Both the position numbers and the translations under genes were made by a program. The notes under the pieces are model-generated. The model worked only from the letters and a program-made list of their open reading frames with translations, did no database searches and was not told where the DNA came from. DNA of 64,000 nt from Paraphysomonas bandaiensis (Eukaryota > Protista > Chrysophyceae), in assembly GCA_965644295.1 (NCBI GenBank), contig CBFFRP010000030.1, forward strand, positions 1,079-65,078, written 5' to 3'. Positions 47,845-60,458 of the stretch are shown in pieces (within the stretch, counting starts at the first letter, position 1; every line of letters starts with the position of its first letter).

Positions 47845-48179
47845 TAGCTTAATGGGTTTATTACGAATTTAGTTCTAGATATATTGAAATGGTAACTTCT
47901 TTGCACACTCCACATCATGTGATTGATTAGCACCCTTGTTTTATGAAATGTACTAGTGAGGGCGTTTTTCGTACACTGAGTCTTGTTAATGTGTAGTTGG
48001 AGATATTTGACACACGTTTGTCGTGTGTTGATGTGATTAGTTTTTTACTTCCTTCTCAGATATATCATATCATATATGAGTACTTGTTCAAGGAATATAC
48101 GTTTTTTATAATGTACAATAAATGACGTCAGTTTTTTAACTACCTAGCTAAAGATACTTGAGAAGTTTTATGCTATTAT

Positions 48180-48974
48180 AAGTTGAACTTACATAGTGTT
48201 GGAACACCTGGTGTAGTCTTTCCAGAGCTAAAACAATATTTAACGCAACTTGAAAAATTACAGAGTGTTACCCTCGCCTTACAAAGAGATAGATCCAATT
48301 TGTACCAAGCCCGCCAGTTATTTGATATTATACTGTTACAATAATTTCCAGAGCTGTATCCATACCTTTTCTGAATGCAAGTATTGTTGCCAGTGCAATT
48401 TTTGAGAAGGCAGTGGAAAAAATTCAAGGGAACGGTGAAAGAGAGCTGACAGTCAGTGAGAGAAGAGAAGTTAGACATCTGCAACAGGATTCATCCCGAC
48501 AGATATAACTAGAGGACGAGAGTGAAAGACTTATTTTGCACAGCGTGTTCTAGACAGCGCCGAGGTAACCAAGAGAGCTCGACTACCGCTGCTTACTTCA
48601 TATTGAAGCACATTCTAATGTTGTTGAGAGGCTCTTTAGTCGTGCTAAGTTGCTTATGACATCTGAGCGAAGAAACATGAATCTATACCGTCTAGAATCG
48701 TTGCTATTCCTACGATCCAATTACATGTTGTGGTATGCTTATACCCTCGATGAAGTCCTGCAAGAAGATCCTGATATGCCAGTGGAGAGCGTTACAATTC
48801 GTAGTCTTCTATTTAATTAAAAATTAGTAATTAAGGGAGCACCACAATATCTATTATGAGCAGCATTATCATATTATCTACTTTAAGTTAGTAGGTATTA
48901 ATGGCCATTTCTGGCCATTATAATTGCCGGGAACTGGACTACCATTAATGGGCCATTAATGGTAACCAGCTCTG
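48180..48974 (+). mobile_element. Decayed hAT transposon 3' part
   Basis: Broken frames giving SNVVERLFSRAKLLMTSERRNMNLYRLESLLFLRSNYMLW; CCATTAATGG repeats ending ...CCAGCTCTG. Confidence 0.7.
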
Positions 48975-48986
48975 TACTAAGCTATC

Positions 48987-49163
48987 AGTGCCATTTGTCA
49001 TTTGTTCCTACTAAATGCTGCAGATGTTCCAATAAAACTAAAAATGGCAGTTGAGCCGTGTTTAAATTTAGTAATATCGAATAAAACTTTTACCTTTGTA
49101 GGAATGCCTGAAAATTTTAATTTAATAGGAACGTCGGCAAAAAAAGTAGGAACAAATGGTACT
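48987..49163. mobile_element. MITE-like fold-back element
   Basis: CATTTGTTCCTACT (48999-49012) is the reverse complement of AGTAGGAACAAATG (49145-49158); imperfect pairing continues inward for about 40 bp. Confidence 0.55.
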
Positions 49164-50565
49164 TTTTTATTTCAGTAGGTTAGTGGTTAGATTTAGGATT
49201 TCGTGGGGACAAATACATTACCGAAGATGAAGTTCCCATAATATAAAATGTTCAAAAATTTATAGTAATATAAGGCATTCGCACATAATATAGTATTTCG
49301 ATGAAACGGTTTTGCTTAGTAAGCAAGGTAAAACACTTCTGTGTAACAACGACTTACAATGCCGTTAATGGTTAAAGTTCAGCAAGATGTGATGAGCATT
49401 AACCATACATATTAGCTAGTTTTTGAACAGACAATTATCAACAGGGGTGACCTTAAATAATTGAAAGTTGAACTCACTCAATAGTCAGTAGTAAAATTAT
49501 AAATCTTTCATAGATATTCAGGGTTTGGGTAACATTGTGCTTATCAGGATTGTGTCCTTATATCATACACACAGTATTCGAGTCTGTTGCGCTTCTCGAG
49601 CTGTACATAAAGAATGACAACAAGAAGTCTCTTTGGAATAATATGTTGGAAGTATTTTGCCTTCTAAGTTGCCCCACTAAGGTGTTAGCTAGCCTCAGTG
49701 ATACACTCGTGTACAACAAATTAATCTTAACACCGTGACAGTAAATTCAGCGGTAAGGAGCGCTCTAGATTTTCAAATGGAAAAGGAAAATTCAATGGGT
49801 CAGTCTTTAGTAAATAAGATGATACTTTTGAAGCACAATGGCGAGATGGTACCTAAAGTGGCAAATCAGTTGATATTTCTGAAAAAGTTCATAAGACAAG
49901 TTTGGAACGTTCTCTCTTAGTATGACTTATCAAGCCTGGTGGTCTATCTCGTTCCTTGGTTTGACTTAAGGACTATGAGGTATATCATTGCACATATGTA
50001 TCGCTGCTATCGAGAGAGGGCTCATCGGCATATTACTTAGTAGCACCCGTCATAGACCACACCAAGAAGAGTCAATGCCAGACTGAAAGAGATTCACATA
50101 TGCATACACACACAAACATTAAATGCATTGTTCTATGTAATGAGAATATATGGTTTGGCAGGAGACACCTCATACAACACTAGCGAGAATCCTAACACTA
50201 GCGAGGTACTGGCTGTGCTTGTTAAAGTTATGCGGAAGTCTTAAAAAGCGGGGTATTCTGTTAACTTTAAGAATTTAATATTTATTCAACTAAAAACATC
50301 AAGATTTCTAGGATACTGGATTTTTTAAAGAAATCACACGACACAAAAAAAAACATACGTGTGGGCTCGTCTCTGCACATTGATGCGATGATTCGATAGG
50401 CACAATCGTCACTCTCCAAAGTAGCACGTCGCATACATGCCGCTAACCTTAACAAGGAATTTCTACGATAATTTACGTCTATGAATTTTCATTGCTAATG
50501 AGCATGTTATGGCGTCTGAGATAGACACATTGTGTTAACTTTTGCGGTTATTGTCAGCTGTCAAT

Positions 50566-51767
50566 ATGAGTCCGCCTATGGAAGCCTCACAGTGCAGCGT
50601 CATAGTGAACTACCTTCCTTTAGATGTTGATGATGAGCAACTGAGAGTAAGCAACCCTGCTGATATGCACTGACAGTAATATATTATTATAGAAAATGTT
50701 TGCCGATTATGGGGAAATAGTAAAGGCGTATGTCGCAAAGAATAAATCCTCTGGAGCGAGCTTGTCTTACGCATTCGTCACATTTGCTCGAAAAGAGGAA
50801 GCTGTAGCTGCAATAGCCGCATTGAATGGGATGCAGGTGGGGAGTAAGCATATTAAAGTGAGTTTCGCAAAGCTCAAGCAAGGAGACATCCATAACAGAA
50901 AGCTTTTTGTGCGCTGTCTTCCTCTCACTTACACAGAAGAGCAGATACGAGACCTGTTTGCAGAGGTAAGCTTGTAGTTGCTATTATCGCTCAGAAATTT
51001 AACTTGTTTTGTGCTTAGTATGGGGATATTATTGAATGTCGCCTTCTGTTGGAATCAGACAAAGTTACTTCCAGAGGCTGTGCATTTGTTGAATTCAAGA
51101 GTGCCGCGGAATGTGAAAACGGTATTTACCCTTTACTTGTTGGCGCTTTGTGTCTGATATTGGTTTAGCAATAAATAGTCTGAACAATAGTATACCTCCC
51201 GGTGCTACAGCTTCCATCTGTGTTTATTATGCTCGCCCTCCTCCTGGAACAGAGAATACAGTTGACACGCCTAGAGTTCCTCATCTTTCATGTACCCCTC
51301 CGACAAACTGGGCCACTGCGCCTCCCACCATGGGTCCGCTACCTTCGTCTCACTACCCATCCTCACCATGTAGAGCTTACTCCCCTAGTGCAGGTGTACA
51401 TATGGCACATTTTCCTCCTTCTCCTGGTCGGAATGTATCGCCGTATCCTCACTCGCCTGTTCGCATAGAACAAAGCGGAGTATTCTCGTTCCCGAGTAGT
51501 GTGCAGGAATTAAATGTGAGAGTCAGTGGACTTCCTCCATATGTGAATCTTAAGCAATTTCTTGATTTGTTTGAACCCTACGGGCATATTGTGTCCGCTG
51601 GACTGGACCATTCTCTCAACTCCGCAGGTATAATGTCATTCGGCACCGGACGCTTGCGCATTGTGACTACTCAGGAACAATTGCAACTCATGATTCGTAG
51701 TATCCATAACTACGTTGTTTTTGATGGGTATCCTCCGCTTCAGCTGACGATTCAACATTCAGCTTAA
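50566..51767 (+). CDS. ELAV/Hu/Sxl-like three-RRM RNA-binding protein, copy B
   Basis: Duplicate of copy A at +3923; two amino-acid differences visible in the ORF track (V/I, A/P). Confidence 0.8.
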
Positions 51768-52342
51768 TAGCTTAATGGGTTTATTACGAATAGTTCTAGA
51801 TATGTTGAAATATTATGTTTTCGAATTTTCTGTAGCACATGTGATTGATTAGCACCCCTTGTTTTATGAAATGTACTAGTGCGGTGTCTTTCGTACACTG
51901 AGTCTTGTTAATTTGTAGTTGGAGATATTTGACACACGTTTGTCGTGTGTTGGTGTGATTAGTTTTTTACTTCCTTCTCAGATAGATCCTATCATGTATG
52001 AGTTCATGAAGAAATACGTAGTGTTTTCGTCTCATGGTGTACCGTTTCATATTATATAATTGAACGAAATCTGTTTTTTAACTGCTCTAAATTTCATGTC
52101 AGAGTCCCGAAGTGCAGGGTTCGGTAACATATATAATGTAATATTATCGTATGATATATACTTCACTGCTGAATCGCTGGGTGATTACATCCTTGATGAT
52201 CTTTCTTTGGTTGGTCATAACTTTGAATCCATCGAGTTATAAACTACAATATAATTATGTGTTACTAAGTGTCGAATGTAAGTGTTAATAAGGAACAAAG
52301 TAAGAAATTACTAAGGAACAGATGGTAAAAATATATATATTA

Positions 52343-53288
52343 CTACGTAGAAACAAACGATGCAGGAAAAAGTATGAAATCAGCCGACGGAAATGAATTG
52401 GCTTCAGTGAGCTGGTCATGATTTCGTGAATTCTCCAGTTCGGCTGTTCGAGCTGCCACATGCTGCTGCTCGTTTAAAGTATCCATTCTGTTGCGGCGAA
52501 TATTAGTAACGATTTGAATCATTTCATCCAGTGTATCTGGACATGTAAGAGCATGCAATGTCTGATATAAGGGATCAGGGCTGCGGTCTTCCATGATCGA
52601 ATACTCTGCAGGATCGTCAGGCAAGGGAGTAAAATCTTCCTCTAAAGAACGAGGCTGAATGCGTGGATTTGTACTTGCGCTCTGGAGGATATTCTGGATA
52701 CGATGTATAGGAGTTATATGAGCTATACTGGAGCTACCTTTCGGTCTATCATCATTATGAGGAGTCCGAATAGAGGGTTTACGTATTCTGGGTGAAGAAC
52801 CAAGGTGCCCTGAAATAAAATATCTTTCCCCAGTCCTCGGGCTGTGCATGGTATCGAAGAAAATGCGATCGGTGTCCTCAATTGTTGCATTTTTTGGACT
52901 GAACACAACTTTCCAGAGTGCTTCTCCTTCGTGGGTGTTGATTTTTGAATATTTTCGAATCCACTCTAGCGAAGGAATGTATCCACCAGATTTCATGGCA
53001 TACATTGCTGTGTACCTTAGAGGAGTAATGTACGGAAAAAGCACACGCATGTGAGAAACTTATGCATTTCAGCAGTAAAATTCCTCTGCGTAAGTTGAAC
53101 TTCACCTTCGTCAATAGATAGATGATGTTAACTGAGGCATATGTTTTAGGCGACCTTTTGTTCAAGATGAGCCCGTGGAATGTTGTGACATCAAAATTGA
53201 AACCAGGTCTGCCCTTCGTCCTTGAGAAAATATATCCGCACATACATGGTGTGGTAAAATCTTGTGTTGTCCACACCTTTGAGTTCAA
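52343..53288 (-). pseudogene. Unassigned intronless ORF pair (52878-53288 and 52343-53050), probably one frameshifted gene
   Basis: Overlapping ORFs in different frames with protein-like composition; no family recognised. Confidence 0.3.
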
Positions 53289-53656
53289 ACAGTAGAGGAC
53301 TGACTCTCAGTCGTCGTCATCTTCGTGTTCAAGTAGCTACAGCAGCCCTTTCAAGAGAGACGACAATGTGAAATGGTACAGCAACTACACGAAACCTGTC
53401 CGAACTACAGCCGATGTGAAGGGCTTTTACAAGTATGGAAGAAAGAGAAAGATTTATATGACCCAGAAGTCTTTTTGTGATGTGCTCCTCTAGAAATAAA
53501 GAATACAGATACATGGTTCGTATAGTAAAATATTCAATACTAGCTGTCTATATGCGGGAGAGCTATTGAAAAGGTGTATGCCTCATTATTATGTATATAT
53601 ATATATATTATGTAGTAGCTAAAATAAGCTTTTTGTAGGGTAATTTAATTACTCGA

Positions 53657-54013
53657 CACAGTGACAAGTGGGTTCACATGACCTGTAAGACTGCGGAGAG
53701 TGTGGATGGAATGGGACCAATTTGTGCTGTGTGTCTCGAGGTTATTGAAGATGACGCAAGCACTATGCCTGTTAACATTAGAGGGAAACGTGGAGTTAAG
53801 CATTTGGAATGCGCAGTGAAGTCCGAGTACGTCGTTGATTTATGTGCTGATTTACAGCATGAAACCGCGTTTGAAATGGAAAACGAAGACCATGCAGATG
53901 AGGTAGTGGATAAGCTCGACTTACTGCGCAATGCTCTCAGTCGTGGTAAAAAGAGAAATGCATCAGAAATGGATTTAAGCTCTAGAGACCCCCGGCTAGT
54001 ATCAGGTAAGTAG
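53657..54013 (+). pseudogene. Fragment with half of a PHD-like finger
   Basis: DKWVHMTC...ICAVC followed by acidic and basic patches; N-terminal half absent. Confidence 0.3.
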
Positions 54014-54329
54014 TGGTACTAGAGTAGTAGAGTGTGGAGCTGGAGTACTATTGCGCTGCTGGTTAATAATCAGTTTATGAATTGTATGTACAGTTATTGT
54101 TCTTCTGTTACAAGCGCAAGCAATAATGAGAACTAGATGGTACTGTGTAATGAACTATGAGATTAGGTGATTTATATAATATGCTCAAGATTTGTCGTTA
54201 ATTTGCAGCAAACGCATGCCTGTGTATGTCAGGCGATAACACAGCAACTACTAACCCTAAATTGGCAAGAGTTATTGGGCTTAAGATTAAAAAATTTGGT
54301 ACTCTGGTTCATCACATCAACTTAAAGTG

Positions 54330-55033
54330 ACAAATGCAAGAAACGCTGCTGCTGCTTTTGAATGCCATAGAGCCAGCAAGCAGTTACGACGGCAGCTTGA
54401 CACCCAATACCGTTCGATTAAAAAGCACATATATAGTACAACAAACGTTGTGGAGCGTTTGTTCAGCAGAGCCAAGATTATCATGACACACTTGTGACAA
54501 GGAATGATCTCACGACGTCTCGAACTGCTGCTGTTCCTTTGATTCAACGAGCACTTGTGGATCGCAAAGACAGTGCAACAGGTCATCGATCATAAGAAAT
54601 GAGGACGACAGTGACGAAGAGTTGGAACATTTAGAGTACTAGTATTGTTGTAACCTCTACTAATTTCTACCGATCGAGCTCATTTCTTCTTCTTAGAGCC
54701 CAATTTTGATATACCTGACATCTACTGACTTCAGGAGTTTTGAGTCCTTGAGGTGAACTCATTCCGGATGCCAGTTTATTCGTCAAATATTTTAGTATCC
54801 TTTGTACTACACAATAAGTGGGAAGGGCGTTATCTGCTGACTATGTTTGCGGCTGACGTTAGTTTCCCGAAGAAATATCTCCGGTACTTATCCCCAAGAA
54901 CACCACGAGTAGGTGTGAGTCCGACTTTGTTGTGTTGATGCAAGAACCAATACCTGCCAATAATGTCTAAATAATGGGTGCCCAGTTCCCGGCAATATAT
55001 AATGGCATTACCATTAATGATTACCAGGTCCTA
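54330..55033 (+). mobile_element. Decayed hAT transposon 3' part
   Basis: STTNVVERLFSRAKIIMT...LELLLFL*FNEHLW; end motif CCATTAATGATTACCAGGTCCTA resembles the 48950-48974 end. Confidence 0.65.
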
Positions 55034-55642
55034 ATGTAAAAAGTTATTCTTATATCAGTTTGATAATATTGGTTGGTATGAGTGAGTAGTGAGAGTATAC
55101 ATATAGTAATGGCATATAGTAAACTTTGACATTAAATATCACGATTTTAGTTCACAGTCGCCGTATTTCAGTGTACCTAATATTTTTCAATTTATATTGT
55201 ACGCTCCTTGACTACATTATACTTTCACGGTTATAATTCTCATATCTTAAATAGCAATATTTAAGTGCTTACTAAGAAGTCAAAACACAATATTGAAAAC
55301 TTATAGCACGCAATTATTATATGATAACCGCATCCCAAACAACACAACCTGACTGCTATTGTAGTAGAATACAAGTAATCCAGGGGTAGAAAACAATACA
55401 TTCCAATTTGTGGTGAGCTCCTTTAATACAAGCAATATTGAATGAATATTAGGTAGATCCATCGATAAATATATTTTACAATCCACAGTGGTGCGATATC
55501 TAGAAAATAAAACATTTCTACATGGAATAAAGTAATAACATAGAGTTATGGTTGCATTATTATTAACTTATTCATGTACTTTTGACATCTACACATGACG
55601 TATTAATCCGAAGGAATCGTGCCTCTAGCAAGAATTGTCAAC

Positions 55643-56594
55643 CTATTTAACAATACCACAGTCACCGATATATATTTTAGGGAATGGGCGTTGGTTATTG
55701 CAATTCGTTTTATTAAGCATACGCAAGACTCCGTATCCTTGTATCACGCGTCCAAATCCAACTTTAGTACAGTTCATCCATTCGCAATCTCCGAGAGTAA
55801 TAAAAAACTGAGAACCGTTGCTATGAGGACCAGAACTGACGTATCCCACAATTCCCCCAAGTTTCGAATCAAACTCAATACTAAAGCTCTCATCACGAAT
55901 ATGCTCGCCCGTAACACTTCGAGAATTAGACCCACTACCGTCCACAATATCACCACACTGTACCCATCCATTTTGAACGAGTCGATGCAAAGGACAGTTC
56001 CTGTACGACAGCTTCACTCCATCTACACTCCCACATTCCCCGGTACATAGCTTGATAAAATTGTCGCATGCCAGAGGGCAAATATTATTAAATAGTTCGA
56101 TCACTAGCTTACCACATGACTCATCTTCCTTTCCTTCAGCTTCCATATCACGAAATAACTCAATAAAGACAGCAGGATGGCCAGTTGTCTCTATTGCCTC
56201 CAAACTCTTTTCTCTGGCCTCTTTTTCAAATTGCATCGTATTAGCGATTTCAGCATCGTCGATTCTATACTCTTGAATTGTGATCTCAACTAAATCCATC
56301 AAAGAGCCAATAATTTTATCATTTCGAAATACAATGTGGCTATGGGAGTATCCAAACAAATCAGTGGCATATTGAGCCCTATAATTCTCAAGAGCAATTT
56401 GAAAATCTAGTTCCAAAACAGCATCGAATTCGTATTCAATTTTACCGGAAAATTTCTTTGCAATGCGCTGTATACAAAGTATGAGTCACGTCATGAGACA
56501 AGAACAACATATCGCTTACGTTGATAATATGGCGGCAGAAATAAGTGTCAGGATCGTGAACAGATCCCAATATAATAAATTTTGTAATACTCAT
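55643..56594 (-). CDS. PPIL6: PPIL6-like cyclophilin (2 exons)
   Basis: N-terminal extension plus cyclophilin domain CPLACDNFIKLCTGE...LHRLVQNGWVQCGDI...HSNGSQFFITL; WVQ substitution and architecture fit PPIL6. Confidence 0.75.
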
Positions 56595-57058
56595 TTGCTT
56601 TGCTTCAATTATCTACCAATGTAATGAACTTTCAAAAGCCTCAGAGTGAACTATAATATACTACTATACTATCTCCCTTAAGGCACTCTGGATATGATGC
56701 GGGTGATGATACTTGCCATACCCACTTCATGAGTAAAACGGCTCATAAATATTTCAGTTTGTCTCTTAAAGATCGTATATCTTGAAATTTTTGAAAGCCA
56801 CGCGGCAAACAATAAAAAATTCTTCCAGAAACGTCAAAAAAACAAGCGGACGAGGACGTATCGTAGGACTCTATAGGGTATATAATGTGTACATGGTGTA
56901 TGGCATGTGGTGTGTGTACGTATGTATGTATATGCTCGAGTCCATAGAGGGGTTTGCACCATTACCGACGAATAGTCTTTGCATTACTACATTGTGCATG
57001 AATTGATTCGATTGAATCAAATCCACTGCATCTACTCGACATATCCTCTAGATTAAAC

Positions 57059-58240
57059 ATGAAGATCGTGAATAGTTTATTCGTATTCCTTACTATATTG
57101 TGTGTGGCTCTTGCTGGAGCAGATTACTACAAGATACTCGGAGTGTCCCGTAAAGCTACTTCTTCTGAACTCAAGAAAGCTTACCGTAAATTATCACTAA
57201 AGTATCATCGTAAGGCATTTATGTATGACGGTGTCTGTCGTTAACTTCATATGCAGCTGATAAGAATCCGTCTGAGGAGGCTGCTTCCAAGTTTGCAGAA
57301 ATAGCGAATGCTTATGATGTTTTGTCGGACCCTGATAAGCGTAAAACATACGACTCCGGTGGAGAGGAAGCTGTAAAGCAGCAGGAGCAAAGGTGCTTGT
57401 AACATATGATAAACGTCATGCTTTGTGATTTACTTGGCGACTGTATGCAGGGAGAACCAGCCCCAAGCAGATCCCTTTTCCATTTTTGAACACTTCGGGT
57501 TTGGCGGTATGGGTGGTCGTAGAGGTCGTGACGAGGAACCGCGCACACCCAGTGTTAATATTCCTCTTCGAGTGTCCCTTCGACAACTCTATTTGGGCGA
57601 CTTGTTAGATGTGTCATACGTCCGACAGGTGCTGTGTGTAGAACACAACAAGTGCTCAAAGAACTGTCCAGATTGTCAAGGGGCAGGAATCAAGGTCAAG
57701 AATCAGCAGCTTGCTCCTGGATTTGTGCAACAAGTACAAGTAAGAGATTCTAGCTGCGTGGCACGCGGAAAGTGTTGGAAGACGAATTGCAAGCACTGCC
57801 CCAACGGCTCAACTGAAGAAGAAGAGATCGAACTATCGGTGGATGTGTCGCCAGGTATGATGCACGGTGAAGAGATTCGCTTTGAGGAAGTAGCCGATGA
57901 GCAAGTTGGACATAGGGCGGGGGATCTCATATTCACAATCCACCAGTTGCCACACGAGCATTTTGTCAGGGAAGGTGACGATCTCCGCATTACTATGGGG
58001 ATTTCTCTGAAGGACGCTCTGCTTGGATTCAAGCGGTCGTTTGAACATCTTGACGGTCACATCGTTAATGTAGAGAAGAAAGATATCACATACTGCTCGC
58101 AAGTGTACACTATACGTGGAGAGGGTATGCCCCGTAAGGGCAGAAAAGGGAAAGGTGACCTCCACATTACACTCGAAATAGATTTCCCAACAAAATTTTC
58201 TAGCGCCCAGAAAGAGCTACTTTCTAAAGCCCTTGAGTAG
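57059..58240 (+). CDS. DNAJB11: ER-luminal Hsp40, DNAJB11/ERdj3-like (3 exons)
   Basis: Signal peptide; J domain with HPD formed across intron 1; [12 protein letters not shown]; Cys-rich segment; DnaJ C-terminal domain. Confidence 0.88.
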
Positions 58241-58651
58241 TGAATTTATTGAGTGGATATAATGTATTAATAATGAAGTACTATTCTCGCGTCAGAATTA
58301 TGTCCAGGAGCTACTTGAACCTTGAACAAAAAGGCTATGTTGAGTAAATTCAGTTGCTGATCTAAATACTAAATAAGATATTCATGGATGCGGGATTGAC
58401 TGGCGAATTAAACATATAATAATTGATGTAAATGAGGACAAATATTCACCAAGAGTAAAGTGCTTAGGTTAGGAATTACAATTATTTGAAGTACGACATG
58501 AGCATGATGTATAAACTATAAAATCAAATTATCTCACTGGTCGCATCATCCTTCTTGTGTGAAGGTGTATCAAGCTTTAATAAAATAACACATATTCATA
58601 AATATTATTATTCACACACTTAGAACTTAAAGGATATACGAAAACACCAAT

Positions 58652-60180
58652 CTATTCCAGTTGCGCCTCGTTCTGCCGATCGATTCTAGTTGACAGAAGG
58701 TCTTTAAATTCCTTCAGCAACTCTTCGCTTTCGTCTGCCAAATCAACCACCATTTTACAAAAGTAGGCACAATCATGATTCTGTACAGCAGCACTGCTGT
58801 CCCCTTGTACCCTCGCTTCAAAGTCTTCCACAAGGTCCATTTCTCTCTGCATTAGGCTCATCTGACTAACCAGCTTCGCTTTTACAGCATGCGCCAGATT
58901 GAGGGTCTCTCTGAGAGTGTCGGCAGTTATCCTTGTGGGGCTGCTGGGTATGTTTTCAGGACCTATGCTATCCCCCACTGAGACTACAGTCAGTTGTCCT
59001 GGGCGGACAAAAAGGCCATGCAATGGAGGGCACTTGAAGTACTGTGTGCCTTGCACAGACCCGTCGTTTTTCCCAGCAGGAGATGATAGCCTTAAACCCA
59101 CCCAGTAACCACCGGCAAAAGCCGTTTGGCCCACAAAGGCAACATTCCCTAGGATCGGTGGGTCTTTACCTTTAACCGAGGCCACCATGCCAATCTTAAA
59201 AGCCGCGGCAGATGACGAATCCTGATTTTCATCACCATTTATTTTCATCGCCGCGAGAGAAGCAGCGGTCTCCCCTTCGTCAAAACTACAATAATACATA
59301 TAAACCATGTGCTTGGCATGCGAAAGAGCGGAATACCTCGTAGAACGACCATTGGGACTTGGGAAGGCATCGCTAAAGAGTCTCCTACTACTGGGCCCAG
59401 AGGTAGGAGATGAGGGTGCGCTGTTGGTGGACAGCGATGACATTCTGCGAGAGTCATCTTCCTTTACGGGGCTTAGAGCCGATGCATCCGGGAGGTCCAC
59501 TGTCTCTATCACATTATATCGAGAAGACTGACGGCGTACCAGGTTGCCTCGAATTAGTGCCTGGATAGAACTGATGGCGTCGTCGTCGTGATTAGATTTC
59601 TTGAGCAACTGGGCGGTTTTAGGGTTGAGCTGAGTAGAGGCGAGAATGGCATCTGCGTCATCCATGCTTTCCCGCAAACTGCTACCGTCTTCAGAGCCTG
59701 CAGTAGTTGGCAAGACCTATATGCCATATATAACACAGCGTCATCATAGGTGGGGACTATATGGGCCACTAAAGTTTACGACAACTGCCCCTCTACACTA
59801 CACACCATACATCGCTACGGCACTACCCCACAGATTCACGCAATGCACTACGACATCGAACCTACCTCCTCCATCGCAGCTCTTTCTTGGTCATGAATAG
59901 CCTCCTCTTTCTCCAGCCTCGCTCGCAGGCTGGTGTTATTGATGTCAGATTTTATGCGGTCAGCACGGCGAGGGAACAGGTCTCGAAAGTTCAGATAAGC
60001 AAGGCGTGATAACTCTCTACATTTGACTGATGCATCCTCCAGGCTCACTCGAATGGCTTCTTGGAAGTGATCCGCCTCTTTCTCTTGCAGCTCCCAGCAA
60101 AGGAGAATCTCATTCATATACGCCTGATGTATTATTAACTCCCAGAGATAAAATTTGTACACATCATTCAATAGTGACAA
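58652..60180 (-). CDS. CAP-Gly and IQ-motif protein (multi-exon; 5' end unresolved)
   Basis: IQALIRGNLVR (IQ); GNVAFVGQTAFAGGYWVGLRLSSPAGKNDGSVQGTQYFKCPPLHGLFVRP (CAP-Gly with GKNDG). Confidence 0.82.
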
Positions 60181-60458
60181 ACTACAGTTAGCACAACACT
60201 AGGGATACTAATGCGCACACTGTTAGCCGTGTTTCTAAATTTAGACATAATTCTCCAATTTTATACAGTAGTACACATGTAAGAGCAAGGGCGTACCATG
60301 CAATGCTCTCTAACACCTTTCGACCTACTGTTATTTATGTCTCCAATAGTCCGATGAGTCGGAGTCGGAGTTATCGTAACTGTTAGTCTTAGAACTCATC
60401 CGCTGCCAAAATAAGATTTAAGGTTAGTCTTAATATTTAGTAAGAATATACTTGATAT

